DNA of 64,000 nucleotides from positions 31,428 through 95,427 of the forward strand of contig JBBRPR010000032.1 of NCBI GenBank assembly GCA_038227875.1, read 5' to 3'. Below are positions 17,827 through 28,000 of this stretch, one piece after another. The notes beneath the pieces were generated by a model. It was not told the origin of the DNA, ran no database searches, and saw only the letters and a program-made list of their open reading frames with translations. Every line of letters begins with the position of its first letter. Positions within the stretch are counted from its first letter, which is position 1. This stretch comes from Planctomycetota bacterium. Its GTDB lineage: Bacteria; Planctomycetota; SZUA-567; H5-PLA8. The position numbers and the translations under genes are program-made.

Positions 17827-20800
17827 ATGCCAACGACACCCATCAATCCACCGATGCGAAAAACGAGCCTGCTGCTCAGCGCAGCGCTGCTCCTGGCAAC
17901 GACCTGCGGCACCGCACGCGCCGCCGCCAACCCGGTCGTCGTCTACACCGACGTGGTCTCCGGACCGACGACCGGCGGCGAAAACAACCTGGGCGGATAC
18001 GTCTCGATTTTCGGCCTGCATTTCGGTTCGAGTCTGGCCAACGTGCACGTCTATTTCGGCACTACCGAAGTCGCCGCCTATCGCTACTTTGGCGCCTCCA
18101 ACGGCCGCTCGGATATGCAGCAGATTACCGTGCAGCCCGGCGCGCTGGGTGGAGCCTCAGGCACGCTGCCGATCAAAGTGACCGTCAGCGGCGTGGACTC
18201 CAATACGGACAAAACCTTCCGCGTCAATCCGGGGCGCGTCCTGTTTGTCGACAACGTCAACGGCAACGATACCACGGCCGTCGCCAACGACATCACGCAT
18301 CCGTGGCGGCACGTTCAGACGCCGTCACTGGGCGGGGCCTACGGCACGGTCTTGCCGGGCGATTTTATCGTCATGCGCGGCACGGGTACGACGTGGACCG
18401 ATCTGGGAAGCAACAATTCATTTCTGCGCTTCATCAGCAAAGGCGGCACGGCGCCGACGGGATCCGCGGGCGCCGGTCCAATTACGGTCATGGCCTATCC
18501 GGGTGAAAATGTACAAATCCTCAATACCGCCAATTATGGAATTTCCGGCGTCGATCGCTCGAACACTTCCTTCGCAGCCTTCGCCACGTGGATCACCATC
18601 TCGGGTCTGCATATCGAAGGCGATGGCGGAGCCGGGCCGATCGCGCTCCAGGTTTACGCCGACTACTGGCGCATCGTGAACAACGAACTGACCGCGCCAA
18701 CCGCCACGACCGCCAAGGCCGGCGGCGTGAATGGCAATGGCGGCTACATCGCCGTCTACGGCAACAGCATCCATGACATCGCCGGCGGCCAGCAGGAAAA
18801 CCACGGCATCTACATCGATGGCGGCAGCGACATCGCCGCCGGCAGCGCCGACCTGGCCTATAATCACATTTATAATATTTCCGGAGGCAACGGGATTCAG
18901 CAGTACAACAATGGATCTAATGGAAACTTTTATCCGACTAACAATATTCTCATTCATCACAATATTATTCACGACGTCACCGACAAGCACGGAATCAATA
19001 TCGCCGACGGCTCGGGCAGCGGTTTCCTGATTTATAATAATAGTGTGTACAATACCTATTACTCCGGCATTCGCTTCAATACCACCGACCTGAACAACGC
19101 CAAGATATATAACAATACTTTTTACAATACCAATACGGCGTCCAACCCCAATCATGCCGCCATTAGTAACGATTGGACGCTGGCCAGCAATGCCGTCGAT
19201 ATCAGAAATAATATCTTCTGGCCGCACACCAACACCAAATACAACGGCGGCTCCGTCGGCATGTCGGCCGGTTTGGGCACGGTCACCAACAATCTCTGGT
19301 ACGGCGGTTCAGATGCCGTGCCGACCTTCGATAGCGCACCGAAGACCGGCAACCCGAGTTTCGTCTCCGCGGGCACGGACTTTCACATAAGCTCCGCCGC
19401 CAGTCCCGCCGTCGATGCCGGCTCCAGCGGCGTATCCGCAGTCGTGACCAACGACTACGACATCTCGACGCTCCGTCCGCAGGGATCTGGCTTCGACATC
19501 GGCGCGTACGAATTCACCGTCGCCGCGCCGCTGACACTCACGACCCCCTCGCCCTTGCCGCAAGCCACCGCCACCGCAAATTACGCGCAGACCTTCGCCG
19601 CCAGCGGAGGCACCGCGCCCTACACGTACAGTGTCACCGCGGGAACGCTTCCGTCCGGGCTTACGCTCGCCAGTTCCGGCGCCTTGAGCGGCACGCCGAG
19701 CGCCGCCGGAACGTCAACATTCACCGTGCAAGTCAAAGACAGTGTGAACGCCACGTTCAGCAAGCAGTACCAGCTCACCGTCAACGCCGCCGTAGGAATC
19801 TCAACGACCACGCTGCCTTCAGGCACCGTGAACGTCGCCTACCTACAAACACTCGCTTCGACCGGTGGAACCACTCCCCTGACGTGGTCCATCACCAGCG
19901 GCACATTGCCATCGGGCTTGGCGTTGAGCGCCAGCACCGGCGCGCTGAGCGGCACACCCACTTCGGCTTCATCGGGAAGCATCACCTTCAAAGTCACCGA
20001 CAAGAATGGCGCCAGCGCATCACATTCCTTCACGCTCACGATCAGTGCCGCGCTGGTGTTGACCAAGATCGTGGTGACGCCGAGCGTCGTGACGGTCAAG
20101 GAAGATTCGACGCAGCTCTTCAGCGCCGTAGCCCTGGACCAATTCGGAAACGCACTCGCCGTACAGCCGACTTTTTTGTGGGCCGTCATGGGAGGTGGCA
20201 CGATCAACGCAACGGGCCTGTTTACCGCCACTCGCGGCGGCACGTTTCCCGTCTCGGCCTCCAGCGGCGCCGTCACCGGCACCGCGAGCGTGAAGGTCAC
20301 GCGCGTGCCCAACATCACTCAGCCGGCAACATCCAGCGCCTCGCAGACGGTCGTCAACCTTCCCGTCACGTTCAGCGTGAGCGCTACCGATCCAGACGGC
20401 GGAGCGATCATCTATCTCTGGAATTTCGGCGACGGCACGACGGCCAACACCGGCAGCGCGTCACACACGTACACAACCCCGGGCAACTACACCGTGACGG
20501 TGACCCTCTCCGATGCGTCCGGCGATGCCGTGACCTCGACGTTATCGATCAGCGTCGGGGCTGGCGCGTCGCCGACCGATCCAACCACGCCTCCGCCACC
20601 GCCGATTCCGATGACCATTCTGAAACTGACCGGCACCGCCAGCTTCAAAACATCCGGCCACGACAAATGCGCGATCAGCGGCGTCCTGCCCGCGCTCCCC
20701 GCCGGGCTGACCACGGCCGGACAGACGCTGGTGCTGAATATCGGCGGAGTGCTGGCGACCTTTACCTTGGACAAGAACGGCCACGCGAAATCGGCCAATG

Positions 20801-21060
20801 GCACGTTTGCGTTGAAACTAAAATCGCATCGCGATCCCAAAACGCACAAGGCCGTGTTTCAAGGAGGCAACGGACCGTTCACGGCGACCCTGCACAACGG
20901 CATGTGGTCTGCGGCGTGGGGTCTCGATGCGACCACGTCGGTAACGAAGGCGTCGTTGCCGATGACCGTCTCGATTCAGTTCATCAACAATACGTACGCT
21001 CAGAACTTGACGCTGACGTACACGTCAAAAGCGCACGCCGCAGGGACATTCAAGAAATAG
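17827..21060 (+). CDS. Large secreted protein: parallel beta-helix, Ig-like repeats, PKD domain, C-terminal domain
   Basis: Signal peptide; Asn-rich IHD/NHIY/NNTFY repeats; SPAVDAG..DIGAYE; two GTLPSGL.L..G.LSGTP repeats; WNFGDG..HTYTTPGNY. Confidence 0.85.
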   Translation: MPTTPINPPMRKTSLLLSAALLLATTCGTARAAANPVVVYTDVVSGPTTGGENNLGGYVSIFGLHFGSSLANVHVYFGTTEVAAYRYFGASNGRSDMQQITVQPGALGGASGTLPIKVTVSGVDSNTDKTFRVNPGRVLFVDNVNGNDTTAVANDITHPWRHVQTPSLGGAYGTVLPGDFIVMRGTGTTWTDLGSNNSFLRFISKGGTAPTGSAGAGPITVMAYPGENVQILNTANYGISGVDRSNTSFAAFATWITISGLHIEGDGGAGPIALQVYADYWRIVNNELTAPTATTAKAGGVNGNGGYIAVYGNSIHDIAGGQQENHGIYIDGGSDIAAGSADLAYNHIYNISGGNGIQQYNNGSNGNFYPTNNILIHHNIIHDVTDKHGINIADGSGSGFLIYNNSVYNTYYSGIRFNTTDLNNAKIYNNTFYNTNTASNPNHAAISNDWTLASNAVDIRNNIFWPHTNTKYNGGSVGMSAGLGTVTNNLWYGGSDAVPTFDSAPKTGNPSFVSAGTDFHISSAASPAVDAGSSGVSAVVTNDYDISTLRPQGSGFDIGAYEFTVAAPLTLTTPSPLPQATATANYAQTFAASGGTAPYTYSVTAGTLPSGLTLASSGALSGTPSAAGTSTFTVQVKDSVNATFSKQYQLTVNAAVGISTTTLPSGTVNVAYLQTLASTGGTTPLTWSITSGTLPSGLALSASTGALSGTPTSASSGSITFKVTDKNGASASHSFTLTISAALVLTKIVVTPSVVTVKEDSTQLFSAVALDQFGNALAVQPTFLWAVMGGGTINATGLFTATRGGTFPVSASSGAVTGTASVKVTRVPNITQPATSSASQTVVNLPVTFSVSATDPDGGAIIYLWNFGDGTTANTGSASHTYTTPGNYTVTVTLSDASGDAVTSTLSISVGAGASPTDPTTPPPPPIPMTILKLTGTASFKTSGHDKCAISGVLPALPAGLTTAGQTLVLNIGGVLATFTLDKNGHAKSANGTFALKLKSHRDPKTHKAVFQGGNGPFTATLHNGMWSAAWGLDATTSVTKASLPMTVSIQFINNTYAQNLTLTYTSKAHAAGTFKK

Positions 21061-21081
21061 AAAGGAGGGATTCGAAGACAA

Positions 21082-21111
21082 TTTTGAATTGCTGCCAAAT
21101 GCAATTCAAAA
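21082..21111. terminator. Hairpin between convergent genes
   Basis: ttttgaattgc ... gcaattcaaaa. Confidence 0.5.
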
Positions 21112-21126
21112 CTCAAAACTCCAGCC

Positions 21127-21504
21127 TCAGTCGTCTTCCCGCACCCGGACGAGCTTCCAATCGTCGTCCAGCTTTTCGATCTTCACTTTGTAGACCGTTT
21201 CGGACTTGGCCTTTTTCAGGACGTCTTTGCTTTCGTCGTCCAAATCGGCCCAGACCACCTTTATCTTAAACTTGTCTTCACTATCACCTTTGCGGTGGCC
21301 TTCCAGGCGTCGGACCCGGTCTTTTTCGTCATCGTCGCGGACGATCTTGGTCACATTGACCTTGGTCTCCATGTCATCCCCGACCTTCACCTTTGTCCCA
21401 TGGATATGCACCGGTCCCACATCCACTCCAAAGGCAAAAGCCCGGTCGGAAAAAGTCACGGCGGCGAAGGCGGCCAACAACATCCATAGGCTTGCAGTAC
21501 GCAT
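21127..21504 (-). CDS. Secreted hypothetical protein
   Basis: GAGGAG RBS, signal peptide ending AFA, charged 125-aa ORF. Confidence 0.7.
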   Translation of the reverse strand: MRTASLWMLLAAFAAVTFSDRAFAFGVDVGPVHIHGTKVKVGDDMETKVNVTKIVRDDDEKDRVRRLEGHRKGDSEDKFKIKVVWADLDDESKDVLKKAKSETVYKVKIEKLDDDWKLVRVREDD

Positions 21505-21724
21505 GGTTACAAGTCTCCTCGTAGGTCTTTATGACGTGCTTGGCGCTACCTTTATTCGTCTGTATGATACGAAGAGTCCCTGCACAGTGCAAGCATGCCG
21601 TTGGAATACAGTTTGCTTCCGGCGCAGTACTACAGGACCGGCGTGAAGGAATTCGACACACGGAGCGTCATACTGTCAGCGACTTAGGAAATAGCGCGAT
21701 CGAACCCAGATAGGAATCCCAACC

Positions 21725-22912
21725 ATGAGCATCAAACGCAGCACGTCCATGACCCTCTCCATCTGCCTCGGCGTGATCGTCGGCGTCGTGGTCAGCAAGG
21801 CCCTCGACCACTGGCCCACACCCGTGATGGCCGACTCCCAGGCCACCGACGCCAAGAAGGTGGTCAATGAGCAGGCGATGACTTTCCGAATCGCCTCCAA
21901 AAAGATTGCGCCTTCCGTAGTCAACGTCTTCACCATCCAGAAAGTCCGCCAGCAGGTCGGCGGCGGTCTGGCCTTCGACAACGACGGCGTGCCGTTCTTC
22001 CGCCGCCCCAAGATCAAAGAAGGCTCGGCGCTGGCCGGCATTGGCTCGGGCTTCGTCTTCGATGACAAGAACGGCTACATCCTCACCAACAACCATGTCG
22101 TCTCCTCGGGCGAAGCCTGGCGCGTCCGCCTGGCCGACAAGCGGGAATTCGACGCGAAGCTCGTCGGCACCGATCCTCAGACCGACGTCGCCGTCCTGAA
22201 GATCGAAGCCCCGGATCTGACCGCCGCGCAGCTCGGCGATTCCGATGACCTGGAAGTCGGCGACTGGGTCCTGGCCGTCGGCAATCCCTTCGGCATGCTG
22301 GAACAGACCGTCACTGCCGGCATCATCTCCGCCAAGGGCCGCAAGGGTCTGAATCTCTCGAACTACGAAAACTTCCTCCAGACCGACGCCGCGATCAACC
22401 CGGGCAATTCCGGCGGACCGCTGGTTAACGTCAACGGGGACGTGGTCGGTATCAACACCGCGATCATCTCCAAGAACGCCGGTTACCAGGGCGTCGGTTT
22501 CTCGATTCCCATCAATCAGGCCAAGCGCATCGCGACGAAGCTGATCAAGGGCGGCACCGTGGTCCGCGGCTGGATGGGCGTGCAGGTCAAACCGCTGACC
22601 GCCGCCGACTTCAAGCAACTGGAACTGCCCGCCGGCGAAGGCGTGAGTGTCGAAGCCGTGGTCCTGCGCGGACCAGCGCACAAAGCCGGCCTGCTTCCCG
22701 GCGACATCCTGATGGAAGTCAACGGCAAGCCCGTCCGCAACCCCGACGACATCCACGACGCCGTCGCCGACATGGAACCCGGCTCGAAAGTGAATCTGGT
22801 CCTCAAGCGCAAAGACGACCGCAAAGGCATTCTCGAGACGTTGAAAGAAACCATGACCATCGGCACCCAGCCGAAGGACTGGAACACGAACGTGTCGGAA
22901 GACCAGGAGTGA
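21725..22912 (+). CDS. HtrA/DegP-family serine protease with one PDZ domain
   Basis: GSGFV, TNNHVV, DPQTDVAVLKI, QTDAAINPGNSGGPL, RGWMGV PDZ. Confidence 0.95.
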   Translation: MSIKRSTSMTLSICLGVIVGVVVSKALDHWPTPVMADSQATDAKKVVNEQAMTFRIASKKIAPSVVNVFTIQKVRQQVGGGLAFDNDGVPFFRRPKIKEGSALAGIGSGFVFDDKNGYILTNNHVVSSGEAWRVRLADKREFDAKLVGTDPQTDVAVLKIEAPDLTAAQLGDSDDLEVGDWVLAVGNPFGMLEQTVTAGIISAKGRKGLNLSNYENFLQTDAAINPGNSGGPLVNVNGDVVGINTAIISKNAGYQGVGFSIPINQAKRIATKLIKGGTVVRGWMGVQVKPLTAADFKQLELPAGEGVSVEAVVLRGPAHKAGLLPGDILMEVNGKPVRNPDDIHDAVADMEPGSKVNLVLKRKDDRKGILETLKETMTIGTQPKDWNTNVSEDQE

Positions 22913-22993
22913 GGAAGAGCAGGACTGAGGCTTCCAAGTTCAATACGCAATGTATATGTCCCTGACGCATTGAGTGTCAGGGGAGAGTGAGCT

Positions 22994-23139
22994 CCAGCGA
23001 ACAAGAATCCCGGCCGTGCTGCGGAACAGACCCTGCAATGGTCTAGCAAGCGCGGATGTGAACATCAGTCGACTCCCCATCCGTGTTCGGCACCGTGAAA
23101 TAGCCGACTCCGTTTGCCAACGCGATTCTTGTTCGCTGG
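22994..23139 (+). ncRNA. Candidate multi-branched ncRNA, family unknown
   Basis: Perfect 16-bp closing stem ccagcgaacaagaatc/gattcttgttcgctgg enclosing three hairpins; G-U pairs favour the + strand; terminator follows. Confidence 0.6.
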
Positions 23140-23150
23140 TCCCTTCCAAT

Positions 23151-23182
23151 AAAAAACCCCCGCGGTAAAGCGGGGATTTTTT
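23151..23182. terminator. Bidirectional Rho-independent terminator
   Basis: aaaaaac-ccccgc-ggtaaa-gcgggg-atttttt. Confidence 0.85.
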
Positions 23183-23204
23183 CCTCAGTCCTCAGTCCTA
23201 TCCG

Positions 23205-24293
23205 TCAATACCCCGCCGGCTCATCCTTATGATCATGCTCAATCGTCGGGTCCGCCGGGCGGGCGTCCATCGAGCCGCTGGCCATGTTGGCCATCATGCT
23301 CGCGGCGTACTGGCTCTGCTTTGTCCGCTCTTCTTTCGTCAACAGCGCAGCGCAGGGCGTGCCGAACTTCGGGTGCGCAAACGGGAGATGCGTGTCGCCG
23401 CGCGCCAGGATGTGCGAGCCGTTCGTGCCGCCGTTGACGGGGTCGACCGTCGGGAATTCGCCGGGACGCGTCGGGCGTTCGTCATAGCCCCATTGCGTGA
23501 ACGAGCGCGCGTTGCAGTAGTGGCTCACGAACGAGCGGCGGAAGCGGTCGGTGGAGTAATTCTGCTTGCTGCGGTGCAGGACATGTCCGTTGAAGAACAC
23601 GACGTCGCCGGCCTTCGCGGGGACCAGCAGCTGCGGATAGCGGTCGGCGATCTTCGACAGATCGTTCTTGCTGTCGTCGACATCGCTGACGCCGTTGACG
23701 TGCAGAATCTCCGAGAGGTTCTTGTTGCCGTGGAAGTGTCCATCGGCGGAGGGATAAATCGGCTCCGCGCCGCTGCCGGCGGCCATCCACATCGCGCCGT
23801 TGAGTTCATCGCAGTCGTCAACGGCAATCCACGCGCCGCAGAGCGTGTCGGGATGTGTGGGGATGTAAAACGTGTCCTGGTGCCAGCCCTGACCGGGTTT
23901 GCCGGGCGGCTTCAAAAAAAGCATCGTCTGCAGCGCGAGCACGTCGGGTCCGATCAGGCATTCCAGCACGTCCAGGACGCGGGGGTGAAGCAGGTAGCGT
24001 TCGTGCAGTCCCAGTACGCGGTGGAGCATGTGGATGCGCAGGTAGTGCTGCGCTTTTTCGTGGGGCGGAAGATGGGGCGGCGGAGCGCTCAGCCCGAAGG
24101 CCTTCGCCGACTCCAGTTGCTGTTCGGGCAGGCGGCCCTGCATCAGGTCTTCGGTGTGCTGCTTGAGTTCCGCGATCTCTTCCGGCGAGACCAGATTTCG
24201 GACCACCAGGAAGCCCTGCTGGCGGAAGAGCGTATACTGCTCCGCTTTGACCGCGTAGCGTTCGACCGTCTTCTGCGTTTCGGTGGCCAGCAT
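23205..24293 (-). CDS. Phytanoyl-CoA dioxygenase (PhyH) family Fe(II)/2OG oxygenase
   Basis: WHQD, AWIAVDD...NG, AGDVVFFNGHVLHRS..N..R. Confidence 0.9.
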   Translation of the reverse strand: MLATETQKTVERYAVKAEQYTLFRQQGFLVVRNLVSPEEIAELKQHTEDLMQGRLPEQQLESAKAFGLSAPPPHLPPHEKAQHYLRIHMLHRVLGLHERYLLHPRVLDVLECLIGPDVLALQTMLFLKPPGKPGQGWHQDTFYIPTHPDTLCGAWIAVDDCDELNGAMWMAAGSGAEPIYPSADGHFHGNKNLSEILHVNGVSDVDDSKNDLSKIADRYPQLLVPAKAGDVVFFNGHVLHRSKQNYSTDRFRRSFVSHYCNARSFTQWGYDERPTRPGEFPTVDPVNGGTNGSHILARGDTHLPFAHPKFGTPCAALLTKEERTKQSQYAASMMANMASGSMDARPADPTIEHDHKDEPAGY

Positions 24294-24415
24294 GAAAGCT
24301 CCCGGGCTCAGGTTTCAGAGTTCAAACTGCGAGCAGGGATTATGGCCTAAACGGCCGGAATGAACATGGCGGGGATTAGCAGATACATATCTGAAATTGA
24401 TATTGCTGCGCCGGC

Positions 24416-26290
24416 TCAGAAGCCGTTGCCGTTCTTCTCGGCCGTCGCGTCGTCTTTTGGATTGCCATTCGGAGCGGGGTCGCTTTTCGGTACCAGCACA
24501 ATCGCGCCCAGCTGGATGCTCCACGCCGCGTTCACTTTCGCGGCGAGATCGTCGAGCAGTTCGCGGACGGTGTGCCGGCCCGGCGGCAGCAACGCGGCGT
24601 CGCGAGTCGTGAGCTGGAAGTTTGGCGCGCGGCCGTCGGGAGATTCCTCCATCAGGAAATTCATCCCGGACAACTCGGTCAGCTTCGCCAGGACGCGTCC
24701 GCCACCCAGTCCGCTGCCGTCCCAATCGACCGTGGATGCAAGTCGCGCTTCGGATTTCGCATACCATTCAGGCGGGCCCGGCGGCTTGCCGCTTTCGCGC
24801 CACTGGCGGATGAGCTCGATGGCGCGCTGCGCCGTTGCCCACGGCGCGGAGATCAACATGCGGCCGTGAATCACGGCCAGTCCACGCGGCATCGTGAACG
24901 AGGGGAACAATTCGAGATGCGGTTCGAGCACCTTCCAGATCTTGTCGCTGACGTCCTTGTCGTGGCTCCACGAGAACTTCGCGTCGGCCGGGTAAAGGAA
25001 CGCGACGTCGGCGCCGCCGATGGCATTCTCCAATTCCGGCCGCGGCTTGGGTTGCACGCGGAACTGCACCCGGGCCTGCGGACCGATGTCGTAGCTGAAC
25101 ATGCGCGGAAATTGATTGTCATTGAGAAACTTCGCGCGCCGTTCGATCCAGCGCAGCGCCAGACCCAGCGGAACGTTGCGCAGCTTCAGGCGGATATCGG
25201 AGAGGTCCTGAAATTCCTGCACGACCCTGTCATTGCGCTCGGCAACCAGCGCCCGCCGCAGCCACTTCAGATCGACCGGATCGCCCTGCGGATCGGTGTT
25301 GCTGACCAGGACCACCGGATGGAGGTTCTCGGAAAGTTGCCCCAGCGCCAGCAACGGCGATTCGGTGGAGAGCGTAATCGAAACTGGCGCACACAAGTCG
25401 TCCTCGAGCGCCTGCGCCGTTTCGGGAGCGGCATCGGGCGCCGGCCAGGCGGCATCGGGCGCGCCGGGTGTCAGCAGCGCAATCACGCGCGCCATGCGCG
25501 GGATCGTGCCCTCGATGCCTTGCAGCACCAGCATCTCGCCGCCGGCGTGCATCTCCGTCGATTGCTGCGGAAAGAGCGCCTGCAGCGAGGCCACCAGGTC
25601 CGTCGCGCCATCGCGGTTGAGCTGCAAGGCGCTCCAATCAAACGTCCGCCGCGCCCGGCTGAGCCGATCGGCGGTTTCCGGCGTCGCAAACAGAAAGACA
25701 TCGCCGCGCGGCAAGCCCACCCCGCCGGCCAACGCCGCCGAGAGCTTCAGCAAATCGCCCAGCCGCATCGTCACGTCAGGCTGCTTCTGGTCGAGTTCCA
25801 GGGGCGCGTAGTTCAATTTGGCGTCGAATACGAGCGTAACGTTGTGCTCTTTCGCCAGCGCGGTGAGATCGTCGCGCGTCGGCGGATAGTGCGCGGTGCC
25901 TTTTTCATTCAGCGCTTTGCGCAGCGCGGGATTGAGCGGGAGGTAACCGTCGTAACTGCAGATAATCCGGTCATAGAGGCTACGGGCCTGAGCCGCGACT
26001 TCCGTGTCGGCGTCTTTGGTGAATTCAGTGGCCAGCGGCAGCACCGCCGGTCCGCGCGAGATCAATTGGTTCAAGGCCTGGTCGCGGGCATCGAAATCGT
26101 CACTGGCCAGTTGTTTGAAAAGTTCGCGGCAAGTTTTCTGCTCGGCTGCCGTTAAGGTGGTGGGTTTTTGTTCCAATTCGGCGGCGGGATCGGGCGGAGT
26201 ACTGCTCTTTGTGTCGTTCTCGCTACTTTGCACATTGAGAGTGGCGAGGATGAGGACGAGAACAGAAACTCTGAACGAAGCGGACGCCAT
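24416..26290 (-). CDS. Exported hypothetical protein with an N-terminal HEAT-like helix pair
   Basis: Hydrophobic N-terminus; QLASDDFDARDQA..L...GPAVLP; long GC3-rich frame. Confidence 0.7.
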   Translation of the reverse strand: MASASFRVSVLVLILATLNVQSSENDTKSSTPPDPAAELEQKPTTLTAAEQKTCRELFKQLASDDFDARDQALNQLISRGPAVLPLATEFTKDADTEVAAQARSLYDRIICSYDGYLPLNPALRKALNEKGTAHYPPTRDDLTALAKEHNVTLVFDAKLNYAPLELDQKQPDVTMRLGDLLKLSAALAGGVGLPRGDVFLFATPETADRLSRARRTFDWSALQLNRDGATDLVASLQALFPQQSTEMHAGGEMLVLQGIEGTIPRMARVIALLTPGAPDAAWPAPDAAPETAQALEDDLCAPVSITLSTESPLLALGQLSENLHPVVLVSNTDPQGDPVDLKWLRRALVAERNDRVVQEFQDLSDIRLKLRNVPLGLALRWIERRAKFLNDNQFPRMFSYDIGPQARVQFRVQPKPRPELENAIGGADVAFLYPADAKFSWSHDKDVSDKIWKVLEPHLELFPSFTMPRGLAVIHGRMLISAPWATAQRAIELIRQWRESGKPPGPPEWYAKSEARLASTVDWDGSGLGGGRVLAKLTELSGMNFLMEESPDGRAPNFQLTTRDAALLPPGRHTVRELLDDLAAKVNAAWSIQLGAIVLVPKSDPAPNGNPKDDATAEKNGNGF

Positions 26291-26493
26291 TGATTCAAAC
26301 CTTGACCAGCACACGGAGTACAACGACCGAGTCATCCTGTCACCCATCTCAGTGTACAGAAGTCACAGGAATATCTCTGTTAAAAAAGTTAGGAGCACGT
26401 CCCACTTGAATTCGAGGGCTTTGGAGGTATCTCTTACTACTCGGTGTTCCTCATCAGCGCGCGTCGTGCATCGAGTTTCGAGAGGTCGTCCAA

Positions 26494-27786
26494 GTGGCCA
26501 GTGAGAATTGCGCAGTGTGTGGTTGCGATCTGTCCTTGCTCCCCACCAGAGGGGTGAAGCCGGTTCGCCATCAAGCCAAGATCTACTGCGGAGAATGTGC
26601 CGGATTGGTGTTGGACCCGGATACCGACAGGGGCTCTGAGGAAATTGAAGTCCCCGATCCGGATGAGGACCTGAAAATTTCGAAGGAGATCTCCAACACG
26701 ACCACGCCGATTTCCGTAAGCGCTGTGCGCCGCGGGGCGGGGATTGAAGTTGTGGAAGAGTTCAAGATCAAGGCCACGGGCACCAAACCCGCTCAACCCA
26801 GGGAGCGCAAATTGGACGACGACGAATGGTTCAAGCCGGGCAGCAGTCCCAAAATCGGCGCAGCCGCCCCGGCCGCCGTGGCCGTGCAACCTAAGAAGGG
26901 CGGAACGTCCATCTCCAAGCGCGCCGCCGAACCGGCCAAGCGCCCGTCCAATCGGATGAATGCGGTCAAGCCCTCCGACCGCATGCAGACGCCTAAACCC
27001 GGCGCCAAGCCCTCTGGACGCATGGCCGCCGCGCCCGCTGCGAAGGAAGAGGACATCAAGAAGCCCTCGCGCCGCATCGATCGACCGGGCGTAAAACCCA
27101 GCGGCCGATTGGGCAAGCCTTCCCCCTCGCGAGCCCGCATGAACGCCGCCCCGGCTGAAGCGCCTGAAGAGGCGCCGGAGCTGGTCGACGAAGAGAAACT
27201 CGACGGCGCCTTGCCGGATGGCGAAATTGCGCTCGATGGAGCTGAAGGTGGCGACGACGCGCCCGAAGCGATCGCGCCGGCAAAGAAGAAGGGCGACAGT
27301 TCGCGCCGCATGGCCGCGGCGGGCACGTCGCAGAAATCGTCGCGCACGATGAAGTCGGCCAAGCGCGGCAGCAGCAGCGCCAAGTCCGGCCGCTCGGAGC
27401 GCTCCGATCGCGAAGATCGCAACGACAAGAGCGAACGCGGTCGCGGAGGAAAGGGCCGCGGCAGTGCGAACAATAACAATACGATGATGATCGGCTTGGG
27501 CGTCGCCGGTGTGATCCTGCTGGTGATTATCGTGGCGTGTTTGGGCGGCGGCAATGCCGCAACCAAGGCCAAGGCAGTCAATTCCACGCCGGAAGTGCTG
27601 ACCAGCGCGTCGGAGTACGCTGAAAAAGGCCGCCAGTTGGAAGCGGCTGGCGACCGTCTCGGTGCCGCAGATATGTTCGGCCGCGCCGCTGAAGCCGCCG
27701 GTAGCGACGATGCCGCGCAAAAGTACAACATGCACGCCTACGAACTGCGTAAGTTCACGACGCTCAACATGAGCCACGGTCGGTGA
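26494..27786 (+). CDS. Membrane-anchored hypothetical protein: N-terminal Cys4 zinc finger and low-complexity linker
   Basis: CAVC...CGEC; Lys/Pro/Ser/Arg-rich region; one TM helix near the C-terminus; terminator downstream. Confidence 0.75.
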   Translation: MASENCAVCGCDLSLLPTRGVKPVRHQAKIYCGECAGLVLDPDTDRGSEEIEVPDPDEDLKISKEISNTTTPISVSAVRRGAGIEVVEEFKIKATGTKPAQPRERKLDDDEWFKPGSSPKIGAAAPAAVAVQPKKGGTSISKRAAEPAKRPSNRMNAVKPSDRMQTPKPGAKPSGRMAAAPAAKEEDIKKPSRRIDRPGVKPSGRLGKPSPSRARMNAAPAEAPEEAPELVDEEKLDGALPDGEIALDGAEGGDDAPEAIAPAKKKGDSSRRMAAAGTSQKSSRTMKSAKRGSSSAKSGRSERSDREDRNDKSERGRGGKGRGSANNNNTMMIGLGVAGVILLVIIVACLGGGNAATKAKAVNSTPEVLTSASEYAEKGRQLEAAGDRLGAADMFGRAAEAAGSDDAAQKYNMHAYELRKFTTLNMSHGR

Positions 27787-27823
27787 ACTACGAGTAGGCG
27801 GAAGGCAGGAGCATAGCAGTCAA

Positions 27824-27852
27824 AAAACGCGCCGCTCAATGCGGCGCGTTTT
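27824..27852 (+). terminator. Rho-independent terminator
   Basis: aaaacgcgccgc-tcaat-gcggcgcgtttt followed by attt. Confidence 0.85.
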
Positions 27853-28000
27853 ATTTCACATTGGGCACTCCATAAATAATTTGTCCTCGCAAAAGAAAGT
27901 AAGGCGCCAAGTCTTTCGGCGGTGTATTAAGTAGTCAGATAGGTAGTCACACGGTGGTCAGAAGGCTGGTGGCGCGGTTGTTCCCGGGAGGTGTTGGGTC

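Noticed and set aside
18860..19220. AT-rich patch inside the large secreted gene as a foreign insertion
   Set aside because: Largely explained by Asn/Ile/Tyr-rich beta-helix repeats in an intact frame.
22994..23139. Retron msr-msd or hammerhead/twister-sister ribozyme
   Set aside because: No reverse transcriptase nearby and catalytic core motifs not found.
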